NCBI GenBank assembly: GCA_051251855.1
Contig: JBPOGI010000004.1
Location: 160,001-224,000, forward strand
DNA: 64,000 bases
DNA from: Roseibacillus sp.
Lineage (GTDB): Bacteria; Verrucomicrobiota; Verrucomicrobiia; Verrucomicrobiales; Akkermansiaceae
Reading direction: 5' to 3'
Both the position numbers and the translations under genes were made by a program. This document shows positions 31,909-39,430 of the stretch, piece after piece (positions within the stretch are counted from its first letter, which is position 1; each line of letters opens with the position of its first letter). The notes below the pieces were generated by a model. That model was not told the DNA's origin, searched no databases, and saw only the letters and a program-made list of their open reading frames with translations.

Positions 31909-31932
31909 GGAGCAAGGACATTCCTGTCCTTG
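31909..31932. repeat. Single GGAG-led REP-like hairpin
   Basis: GGAG-CAAGGACA-TTCC-TGTCCTTG, a perfect 8 bp stem right after the stop codon. Confidence 0.5.
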
Positions 31933-32058
31933 AATACTCAAAGTCTCGGCAAATTCCACGAGCCACCCAAGACCAGGCCCTCCGCCTGCCTCTTGCCCTC
32001 CCGCACCACCGTCGGTTCAGGGCTCCCTTTCACGAACAAATCAAATAGACATAAACTA

Positions 32059-33117
32059 ATGAAAAACACTTTTATCGTATCCGCCCTCGCCACTGCCACC
32101 GCCTTCGCTGGCACCTCCGGGGACTTTCTCGAAACAACGGGCTGCCCTCCTGATCACGATCACTCCGCCCACGAGCACCATCATAACAACGCCCCTATCG
32201 GCGTGATGGGAAGCCACACCCACGCAGCAGGCGAATGGATGGCTAGTTACCGCTACATGTTCATGCGTATGGAGCAAAACTATGATGGCAGCAGCACCGT
32301 GAGCGATAGCTCAGTACTCAGTGACTTCGTGGTAACTCCCCAAAACATGGACATGCAGATGCACATGTTTGGAATCATGTATGCCCCCACCGACAAGATC
32401 ACCATCATGGGAATGCTCAATCTCGTCGAGATGACTATGGACCACCGCACCCGCATGGGTGGCGCCTTCACCACTGAGTCATCGGGCCTCGGCGACAGCT
32501 CCTTCGGCGCACTCTATCAGCTCTTCGCTGACGACAGCCAGTCCGTCCATATCGGCCTCATGGCTCTCCTTCCCACCGCCGACATCGACCAACGCGACGC
32601 CACCCCATTGGGACCGGATAGCCAATTGCCCTACCCCATGCAACTCGGTTCTGGCAGCTGGGGAATCTCCCCCTCCATTACCTGGACCGGACATCAAGAC
32701 GCCTGGTCCTACGGTGCCCAAGCGAGCGGAAAGTTCTACCTCGCCGATAACGAAAATGACTACCGTCTCGGCAACCGCTACGAAGGAACTCTCTGGGGCG
32801 CACGTCAGTGGTCGGACTCGTTCTCCACCTCTCTGCGAGTGAGCGTCTCCCGCTGGGAAGACATCGACGGAGCCGACCCTTCCATCGCTACCACCCCACC
32901 CATGGGGCCGATGGCAGGAGTCCCTCTCGTCCCCACCGCTGATCCTGAGCTTCGCGCCGGCACCCGCATCGACCTTTCGGCCGGAGCCAACTTCCGTATC
33001 CCCAACACCGGAGCCACTCTCGCAATCGAAGCCGGAGTGCCCGTCTACCAAGACCTCGACGGCCCCCAACTCGGCGTCGAATGGTTCGCCACCGCCGGAC
33101 TCCAATTTGCCTTCTAG
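32059..33117 (+). CDS. Outer-membrane beta-barrel 'transporter' (Phenol_MetA_deg-like) with His/Met-rich N-terminus
   Basis: Signal peptide from ATG 32059, HDHSAHEHHH, APIGVMGSHTH, MDMQMHMFGIMYAP, LPYPMQLGSGSW and terminal Phe. Confidence 0.8.
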   Translation: MKNTFIVSALATATAFAGTSGDFLETTGCPPDHDHSAHEHHHNNAPIGVMGSHTHAAGEWMASYRYMFMRMEQNYDGSSTVSDSSVLSDFVVTPQNMDMQMHMFGIMYAPTDKITIMGMLNLVEMTMDHRTRMGGAFTTESSGLGDSSFGALYQLFADDSQSVHIGLMALLPTADIDQRDATPLGPDSQLPYPMQLGSGSWGISPSITWTGHQDAWSYGAQASGKFYLADNENDYRLGNRYEGTLWGARQWSDSFSTSLRVSVSRWEDIDGADPSIATTPPMGPMAGVPLVPTADPELRAGTRIDLSAGANFRIPNTGATLAIEAGVPVYQDLDGPQLGVEWFATAGLQFAF

Positions 33118-33144
33118 TCCCTTTCTTAATTCAAGTTCTCACCC

Positions 33145-33175
33145 AACGGTCACTGGCAACAGTGGCCGTTTTTTT
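33145..33175 (+). terminator. Rho-independent terminator
   Basis: AACGGTCACTG-GCAA-CAGTGGCCGTTTTTTT. Confidence 0.8.
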
Positions 33176-33179
33176 GAAT

Positions 33180-33239
33180 GGAGGGGCGACCTTTAATGTC
33201 GCCCGCACAAGCTCCAGCGGCAATAAAGGCCGCCGCTCC
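33180..33239. repeat. REPIN-like pair of GGAG-led inverted REP copies
   Basis: GGAGGGGCGACCTTTAATGTCGC (33180-33202) matches the reverse complement of 33217-33239 at 19/23 positions. Confidence 0.6.
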
Positions 33240-33290
33240 TTTCAATTCCAGACTTGGCCACGAGTCTCTTAGTGTTCAGGCTCCTCGCCA

Positions 33291-34178
33291 GTGCATCGCA
33301 TCGCCACCATCGCCTTTGGCACCTTCACCCAGCTTGTACGGATGAAGGTCTTCTACTTTCTCGCCATTTTTGTGGTGCTGGCCATCGCGCTCAACTTCTT
33401 CCGCCTCCCCCACACCATGGGACCCGAGGCCGTCGCTGCTGAGGAGCTACGCCTTTGGAAGTCGGGCACCATCGGGTTGATGAAACTCTTTGCTATCATC
33501 TTCTCACTGGCCGCTACTGCACTGCTCATCCCCCGCGACCTTGAGGACCGTATCCTCTACACCATCCTCTGCAAACCCGTCCCCCGCCTCGACTACCTCA
33601 TCGGCAAACTTCTCGGCGTCCTCATGCTCACCTTCATCGCCCTTCTCGCGATGGACCTCCTGATGACCGCCGTTCTCCATCATCGCACCGGCATTGTGGA
33701 AGCCGAGCGGGTTGCCTTCTTGGAAAGCCGAAACTTCTCCAAAGCCGACATCGCCCTTGAGGTTGCCGAAGTCCGTCGCCATGGCCCCACTCTTTCGCTC
33801 CAATTTGGCATCTTGGGCATCTTTCTCGAAGCCGCCGTCATCGCTGCTGTTGCCCTCCTCATCTCCACCTTTAGTTCCTCTACCCTCTTCACCATCATCA
33901 GCACGATTATGGTCTACTTCATTGGCTTTTTCATGGGCCAAGCGCGTGAATTTTGGATGCAAACCACCAATCTCGGCGACTCCTTTGTTGGCCAAGCCGC
34001 CCTGCAACTCCTTTCCCTCATCTTCCCCGATCTCTCCATCTTTGGGCTCGCCGATGCCGCCATTGCCGGAACCGTCATCCCCGCGCTCACTGCCCTCAAA
34101 GTTTGTGGTCTCGCCCTCGCCTACCTCGTCACCTACACCCTTGTGTCTTGGTTCGTTTTTGCCGACAAAGAGTTTTAA
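33291..34178 (+). CDS. ABC-2 type transporter permease
   Basis: Multiple TM helices, IPRDLEDRILYTILCKPVPR..YLIGK and terminal FADKEF. Confidence 0.85.
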   Translation: MHRIATIAFGTFTQLVRMKVFYFLAIFVVLAIALNFFRLPHTMGPEAVAAEELRLWKSGTIGLMKLFAIIFSLAATALLIPRDLEDRILYTILCKPVPRLDYLIGKLLGVLMLTFIALLAMDLLMTAVLHHRTGIVEAERVAFLESRNFSKADIALEVAEVRRHGPTLSLQFGILGIFLEAAVIAAVALLISTFSSSTLFTIISTIMVYFIGFFMGQAREFWMQTTNLGDSFVGQAALQLLSLIFPDLSIFGLADAAIAGTVIPALTALKVCGLALAYLVTYTLVSWFVFADKEF

Positions 34179-34194
34179 CGTTCAGTCTTCAATG

Positions 34195-34224
34195 TTGGAC
34201 GTGAAACGTTCTCCTGCCTACCCT
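34195..34224 (+). promoter_or_regulatory. Candidate sigma70-type promoter for the retron-like ncRNA
   Basis: TTGGAC (34195-34200), 18 bp spacer, TACCCT (34219-34224). This would start transcription at about 34231, immediately before the inverted repeat. Confidence 0.35.
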
Positions 34225-34232
34225 TCTCTCAA

Positions 34233-34396
34233 GGGAGTCGTTCAACGGCAAGACAGGGAATGGTGAAAACCAGCCCCGCTTCGGGGTTACCCCGAGGACT
34301 CAGCAAAACCGACCCATTCGACGCCGGGCTTAATCACGGTTCCACCGTGAGAGCGCCCGACGCAGGACCAGACAGGTTGCCGGTTGAACGACTCCC
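34233..34396 (+). ncRNA. Putative retron msr-msd non-coding RNA
   Basis: Terminal inverted repeat GGGAGTCGTTCAACGGCAA (34233-34251) / TTGCCGGTTGAACGACTCCC (34377-34396), perfect except for one bulge. G at 34252 follows the 5' arm. Two small 5' hairpins and one longer 3' hairpin lie inside. Directly upstream of an RT gene. Confidence 0.8.
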
Positions 34397-34436
34397 ACTC
34401 CTTCTTCCTTTCCAAGAGCACCCCACCTGCGCCAAC

Positions 34437-35708
34437 GTGCCCGACGTGTCCTCGCAGCGTCAATGGCTTGAGAACTTCGCCACTCTTCTCCTCGAACGCG
34501 AGCGAAGCTTGGCAAGCTGGCAGGATCTCGCCACCGAGACCATCCCCGGCCCCCGACGGCGCTCCTTTCGGCTTCTTCTCGGAGAAGTCTGGGCTGCCAC
34601 TGACAAGACCCCTCTTCTCGAACACTGGCACCTCGCAAATATCCTTCAGGCCAACTCCCGCTTCAAACGATGGTGGGACAAAGGCCCTTGCCCGCTCCCT
34701 CCCGCACTCACCGCTGGCAATCCAACCGCCCAAGTCGACAACTCTGCTTGGGACCTCCCCGAAATCCCCACCCTCTCCTCACTCAACGATCTCATCGAAC
34801 TTCACCCCGACGACATGGGCTGGCTTCTCGGTCCCTCCCATCACTATCACCAAAAGTTGCTTCCCAAACGACGCGGCGGCCGACGACTGTTAGAATCTCC
34901 CAAACCCCTCCTCAAGCAAACGCAGCGAATCCTTCTTCGTCGCTTACTCGACCGCATCCCCCCCCACGAAGCCGCCACCGGATTCCGTCAAGACCATAGC
35001 ATCATCGACTTCGCCAAACCTCATACCGGAAAAGACGTCGTCCTCAAGATGGACCTTGCCCACTTCTTTCCCTCTCTCGGTCGCCCCCGAATCAAGCGCC
35101 TCTTTATGGCCCTCGGCTACCGTGAATCCGTGGCCTTCGCTCTCGCCAGCCTCTCCACCACTCGAAGCTCTTGCCCCCACTTCACCACCCCCGAGCGCAC
35201 TCTCTACAGTCGCTATCATCTCCCCCAAGGCGCGCCCACTTCTCCAGCCCTAGCCAACCTCGCCGCCTTCCGCCTCGACTGTCGTCTTGCAGGCTTGGCA
35301 AAAAAAGCAGGCGCAACCTACACCCGCTACGCCGACGACCTTCTCTTTTCAGGCGATCGAGACTTTACCCGCCAATGCCCACGCTTCCAAATTAAAGTCA
35401 TGGCCATCACTCTCGAAGAAGGCCTCGCCATCAATGCACGTAAAACACGCACAATGCACCGCAGCCAAAAACAATCCGCCGCAGGCCTCATCCTTAACTC
35501 GAAGCTCAACGCCCGCCGTACCGACTACGACCAACTCAAGGCTATTCTCCACAACTGCCGCCAACAAGGCCCCGCCTCCCAAAATCACCAAGCCCACCCC
35601 CACTTCGCAGCCCACTTGAAAGGACGCGTCGCCTGGATTGCCTCTCTCAACCCAGCTTGGGGTGAAAAGCTCCAGTCCACTTATTCCGCCATCGACTGGG
35701 AAAGTTGA
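34437..35708 (+). CDS. Retron-type RNA-directed DNA polymerase (reverse transcriptase) with N-terminal extension
   Basis: PKRRGGRRLLESPKPLLKQTQR, HEAATGF, KMDLAHFFPS, LPQGAPTSPALANL and YTRYADDLLFSG motifs. Likely start is GTG 34437 or 34446; the ORF-track ATG at 34260 lies inside the ncRNA. Confidence 0.92.
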   Translation: MPDVSSQRQWLENFATLLLERERSLASWQDLATETIPGPRRRSFRLLLGEVWAATDKTPLLEHWHLANILQANSRFKRWWDKGPCPLPPALTAGNPTAQVDNSAWDLPEIPTLSSLNDLIELHPDDMGWLLGPSHHYHQKLLPKRRGGRRLLESPKPLLKQTQRILLRRLLDRIPPHEAATGFRQDHSIIDFAKPHTGKDVVLKMDLAHFFPSLGRPRIKRLFMALGYRESVAFALASLSTTRSSCPHFTTPERTLYSRYHLPQGAPTSPALANLAAFRLDCRLAGLAKKAGATYTRYADDLLFSGDRDFTRQCPRFQIKVMAITLEEGLAINARKTRTMHRSQKQSAAGLILNSKLNARRTDYDQLKAILHNCRQQGPASQNHQAHPHFAAHLKGRVAWIASLNPAWGEKLQSTYSAIDWES

Positions 35709-35743
35709 TTTCCAAAGCCCCGGCCACCCTTCACACTCACGCC

Positions 35744-36595
35744 GTGAGCGATATCCCCGAACAGGAGAACCCCAACCCCCTCTTTGCGCTCGCAAAGCAA
35801 TACCCCTTCTTCGCACGCACCCCTCGTCGCCGTCGCATTGCCGCCAAGCTCGACCAAATCATCGGCCTTGCCGGTCTCAGCGCCATGCCTGCCAGCATCC
35901 CCATCGGCCATCGGAACCCTTATCAGGCTGGCCACCAATATTTGGACATCGCCATCGAGGGAACTGACGATTTTCTCGCCAAGATCCCCAAAACCGGCCC
36001 CACCCTCGTCGTCGCTAACCATCCCTATGGAGCACTCGACGCCCTCATCGCCTCTGACCTCACCCTCCGCGTCCGCCCCGATGCCCTCATCTTTGGCAAT
36101 GCCGTCCTCGTTCATCCCGTGCATGAAGAATGGCTACTTCCCCTCGAAATCCTCGACGAATCCTCCGCCGCACGCCGTCGCAACCTTGATAGCATGCGCC
36201 GCGCGCTCACCCACCTCCAGGCCGGCGGCTGTGTCCTCATCTTCCCCGCTGGCGAAGTCGAGCGCTGGCGCTGGCCTCGACTCCGCATCGAAGAAGGCGC
36301 TTGGACCGCCCACCTCGCCCGCCTCGCTCTCAAATCCAAAGCGACCATTCTCCCCCTCGCCTACCCGGGCGAAAACCCCCTCTGGTTTCACCTCCCTGGC
36401 GCGCTACATCCTACTCTTCGCCTCCTCGCTCTTCCCCGTGCCTTCCTTTCTCTGCGAGGAAGAACGATTCCCATCCGCACTGGCCAGCCCATCCCGATCG
36501 AAAGCCTCCCCTCCGACCCACACGCCCTCACCGAAGCTGTGCGCCAAGTCGTTCTTCGCCTCGCAGGAAGAGAAGATCAAAGCGACGGGAAATAA
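35744..36595 (+). CDS. Lysophospholipid/PlsC-like acyltransferase (OlsF N-terminal-like)
   Basis: VVANHPYGALD (HxxxxD) and IFPAGEV motifs. Start taken at GTG 35744; an in-frame TTG at 35705 overlaps the RT stop. Confidence 0.85.
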   Translation: MSDIPEQENPNPLFALAKQYPFFARTPRRRRIAAKLDQIIGLAGLSAMPASIPIGHRNPYQAGHQYLDIAIEGTDDFLAKIPKTGPTLVVANHPYGALDALIASDLTLRVRPDALIFGNAVLVHPVHEEWLLPLEILDESSAARRRNLDSMRRALTHLQAGGCVLIFPAGEVERWRWPRLRIEEGAWTAHLARLALKSKATILPLAYPGENPLWFHLPGALHPTLRLLALPRAFLSLRGRTIPIRTGQPIPIESLPSDPHALTEAVRQVVLRLAGREDQSDGK

Positions 36596-36637
36596 AATGG
36601 ACCCTTGGGCCCTCTCATGGGAAGAATAGCCCCGACG

Positions 36638-37147
36638 ATGAACGCACTCATTGAAGCCAATCTCCATTATATCGTTCAAGCAGAACGACTTCTGGCTCAA
36701 TTGACCGACGAGACGTTTTCTCAAGAATCGCCGGCCTTCTACCGTTCGACTATTGGAGGCCATCTCCGTCACTGCCTCGATCACTACGACTCCTTCCTCA
36801 ATGCCTTGCAGGACGGAAAAGTCGACTACGACGAGCGCATGCGACTTCCTGCCCTTGAAACCGAGACCGCCAGCGCCGCTGCGAAAGCAACCGAAATTCG
36901 CGAACGCTTAGAAATCGTCTCTGCAAAGGAAACCCCGGTAGGCCTGCTGGTCAAAATGGACTGCGGCATCGATAACACTGACTGGCAGCCCTCCACTCTT
37001 GGTCGCGAGCTGCAATTTCTCGTGAGCCACACCGTGCACCACTTTGCCATGATTGGTGGTATCTGCCGTGAACTCGGTATCGAACCCGAGAAAAACTTCG
37101 GCGTTGCCCCCTCGACCATTCGGCATCATGCCAACGTTTCGGCCTAA
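36638..37147 (+). CDS. DinB family protein
   Basis: TIGGHLRHCLDHY, VDYDER, RELQFLVSHTVHHFAMI and FGVAPST motifs. Confidence 0.88.
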   Translation: MNALIEANLHYIVQAERLLAQLTDETFSQESPAFYRSTIGGHLRHCLDHYDSFLNALQDGKVDYDERMRLPALETETASAAAKATEIRERLEIVSAKETPVGLLVKMDCGIDNTDWQPSTLGRELQFLVSHTVHHFAMIGGICRELGIEPEKNFGVAPSTIRHHANVSA

Positions 37148-37148
37148 G

Positions 37149-38024
37149 ATGACCGCTACCGACTTAAGATCCGAAGTTCAAAACCTGGAAGCAAGCGCCC
37201 GCTTAGCCACCCAAGGAAACCTCGAAGTCTATCTCGCCACTGCCCAAGAAATTCCGAACGTCCTCCAAGAAATCGGACGCTTGCGCGAAATTTCCTTTCA
37301 AGCGGTCGGAGAAGGCACCGGACACGAAATCGACCTCGACCGCTTCGACGAACACTACCTTCACCTTTTTCTCTGGGACGGCGAAGAGCATCGCATCGCA
37401 GGGGCCTACCGGCTCGCACCCACTGACCAAATCATCGCCCAGCAAGGGCCCACCGGACTCTACTGCTCCACCCTCTTCGATTTCCAACCCGCCTTCCTCG
37501 AGCACCTCAATCCCGCCCTCGAACTCGGTCGCTCCTTCGTCACCCCGGCCTACCAAAAGTCCCTCGCCCCCTTACTCGCGCTCTGGAAAGGCATCGCCAC
37601 CTACGTCTCGCGTAACCCACTCTATCATCGCCTCTTCGGGCCCGTGAGTATCTCTCAAGACTACACCCCCCTCTCGCAAGATATCATCGTCAAATTCCTC
37701 CGAGAAAACCGATGGAACCGCGAACTGGGCCCTTTAGTCCGCCCCCTCAACCCCTTCCCCGGCAACCCCGAAATCTCGCCTCTGTTAGAAAGCATCGACC
37801 AAGTCTCCGCCAGAGTCTCGGAGTCCGAAGCCGATGGCAAAGGCATCCCCATCCTCCTCAAGCAATACCTCAAACTCAACGCCACCCTGTTAGAGTTCAA
37901 CTTGGATCCCTCTTTCTCTGACTGCCTCGACGCCTTGATCCTCGTCGACCTCCACGACGCACCTCCCGCAGTGCTCTCCCGTTACATGGGCAAAGAAGCC
38001 TACGCGAAATTCAAAAGGCAATAG
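37149..38024 (+). CDS. GNAT family N-acyltransferase (OlsB/OlsF C-terminal-like, 'putative hemolysin')
   Basis: EIGRLREISF, DLDRFDEHY, AGAYRL, LELGRSFV, LFGPVSIS, IPILLKQYLKL and FNLDPSF motifs. Confidence 0.87.
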   Translation: MTATDLRSEVQNLEASARLATQGNLEVYLATAQEIPNVLQEIGRLREISFQAVGEGTGHEIDLDRFDEHYLHLFLWDGEEHRIAGAYRLAPTDQIIAQQGPTGLYCSTLFDFQPAFLEHLNPALELGRSFVTPAYQKSLAPLLALWKGIATYVSRNPLYHRLFGPVSISQDYTPLSQDIIVKFLRENRWNRELGPLVRPLNPFPGNPEISPLLESIDQVSARVSESEADGKGIPILLKQYLKLNATLLEFNLDPSFSDCLDALILVDLHDAPPAVLSRYMGKEAYAKFKRQ

Positions 38025-38054
38025 ATAACATTAGAAGCCTTCTAGGCCGGGATT

Positions 38055-38258
38055 GTATTCTTTGACGCAGAGCCACAGAGGAGACGCAAAGTTCACGCAG
38101 AGATTGAATTGAGACCTGATTGAAAAAAAAGAATTTCAGGCCCTGAATTTCCCCCTAAAATCAGGCTCTTTTCTGAGCTCTTCCTAAAAAACTCAAACTC
38201 AGAATCCCGACTCTGCGTTCAGTCTCTGGGTCCTCTGTGGCTCTGCGTCGAAAAATAC
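38055..38258. repeat. MITE-like/nested palindromic element (~204 bp)
   Basis: 28 bp terminal inverted repeats with 2 mismatches (38055-38082 / 38231-38258), an inner ACGCAGAG/CTCTGCGT pair and an AT-rich core. Confidence 0.7.
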
Positions 38259-38283
38259 TGCCCAAATCGCAAAAAAACTGATC

Positions 38284-38310
38284 AAAAAAGGCGACCCGCA
38301 GGCCGCCTTT
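38284..38310 (-). terminator. Terminator downstream of the azurin gene
   Basis: AAAAAAGGCGACCCGCAGGCCGCCTTT hairpin; the T-tract is on the minus strand. Confidence 0.65.
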
Positions 38311-38333
38311 CAAATTCTAGAAATCGAAGAGCC

Positions 38334-38834
38334 CTACTTGGCCTCCACCGTCATCACGCCCTTCATCACACCAAAGTGACCCGTAAAGGTGCAGATGTAG
38401 TCATACTTTCCAGCCGCAGGAGCAGTAAAAGTCACCGTCTCTTCCTCACCAGGTCCGAGAATCTTCGTGGCAGCAACAACCTGCTCTTTCAATTCTGGCT
38501 TATTGGGCAAGCCGGTGGTCTGCGCATTTGCCATGCAGTCCATTGCAAATGTTGGCACCACTGTTCCGGTCTTCAGGATCACCACATTGTGACCCATCGC
38601 CGCCTTAGGCAACTTACCCACATTCTTGAAAGTCAGCGCAACAGTCTGACCTTCTTTGACAGTGAACTCCTTTTTATCGAACTGCATGGTGTCGTTGCCC
38701 TCGATCGTGACTTCGACATCTGCCTTCTTCACCTCCGCTACGGGAGCTTCCTTTTTGGCCTCCGCTTCGTCGGCCAAGGCGATACTCATTTGGGCCGCCA
38801 ATGCGACTCCGGTTGCAATCATCAATGTTCTCAT
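38334..38834 (-). CDS. Azurin-like blue copper protein
   Basis: Signal peptide, GNDTMQFD, MGHNVV and YICTFTGHFGVMKG (type-1 Cu ligands H, C, H, M). Confidence 0.9.
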   Translation of the reverse strand: MRTLMIATGVALAAQMSIALADEAEAKKEAPVAEVKKADVEVTIEGNDTMQFDKKEFTVKEGQTVALTFKNVGKLPKAAMGHNVVILKTGTVVPTFAMDCMANAQTTGLPNKPELKEQVVAATKILGPGEEETVTFTAPAAGKYDYICTFTGHFGVMKGVMTVEAK

Positions 38835-38902
38835 ATGCATGTTGGGAAAGTGCCCTTAATACGGCCGGAAGCAAAAGATTATTCATATCTGCACAGAAAA
38901 TA

Positions 38903-39274
38903 TCAACGATTGCGCATAAAGTCCGCAACTCCAGAGAAAAACGTCATCAGGGTTTCTTTGGTCTCATCGGCAACCTTCTCAGCATCCATTGCCGCCTCCA
39001 TGAGCTCCAGCCATCGGTCCCTTTCCGCTTCACCAATACTGAATGGCATGTGCCGTGCACGCAGCCGTGGATGCCCTCGCTCTTGCAAATAGCTTTCATC
39101 CTGCCCGAAGCGGAATTTCAGAAACGAGGCCAGCCGATGCTCAGCTCCCTCCCAATCCTGTTCCGGATACATGGGACCAATGATAGAATCGCGCCGCACC
39201 CGCTCGTAAAAGGCAGCAGAAATTCCATCGAATCCTTTCGGACCCAACTCCTGCCAAATTGCTTCTTCGTCCAT
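38903..39274 (-). CDS. Group II truncated hemoglobin (GlbO-like)
   Basis: AFYERV, MYPEQD, YLQERGHPRLRARHMPFSIG...RDRW and ADFMRN motifs. Start placed at ATG 39274. Confidence 0.9.
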   Translation of the reverse strand: MDEEAIWQELGPKGFDGISAAFYERVRRDSIIGPMYPEQDWEGAEHRLASFLKFRFGQDESYLQERGHPRLRARHMPFSIGEAERDRWLELMEAAMDAEKVADETKETLMTFFSGVADFMRNR

Positions 39275-39430
39275 CTGCTGCCGAAGGTGCCTAAAAGCCC
39301 ACTCAACACGAAGAAAAAACACACATTGCTCTCCACATTAGCAACTTCCTTCTTCACGCTCTGGGCAAGTCCAATTTTTTCCTAAATAAATAAACGCCAC
39401 CAAACGTTATTCTAGTTAACTCTCTTACCT

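Noticed and set aside
31867..32058. Extended N-terminus for the outer-membrane protein
   Set aside because: Overlaps the upstream gene and hairpin; the signal peptide begins at ATG 32059.
34260..34436. ORF-track N-terminal 59 codons of the RT (ATG 34260)
   Set aside because: They lie within the inverted-repeat-bounded structured region and translate to non-protein-like sequence. In-frame GTG starts at 34437 and 34446 lie just after the ncRNA.
34437..35708. RT as a group II intron, DGR or CRISPR-associated RT
   Set aside because: No maturase/X or HNH domain, no intron domain V seen, no TR/VR repeat pair or avd gene, and no cas genes or array. The upstream a1/a2-type repeat fits a retron.
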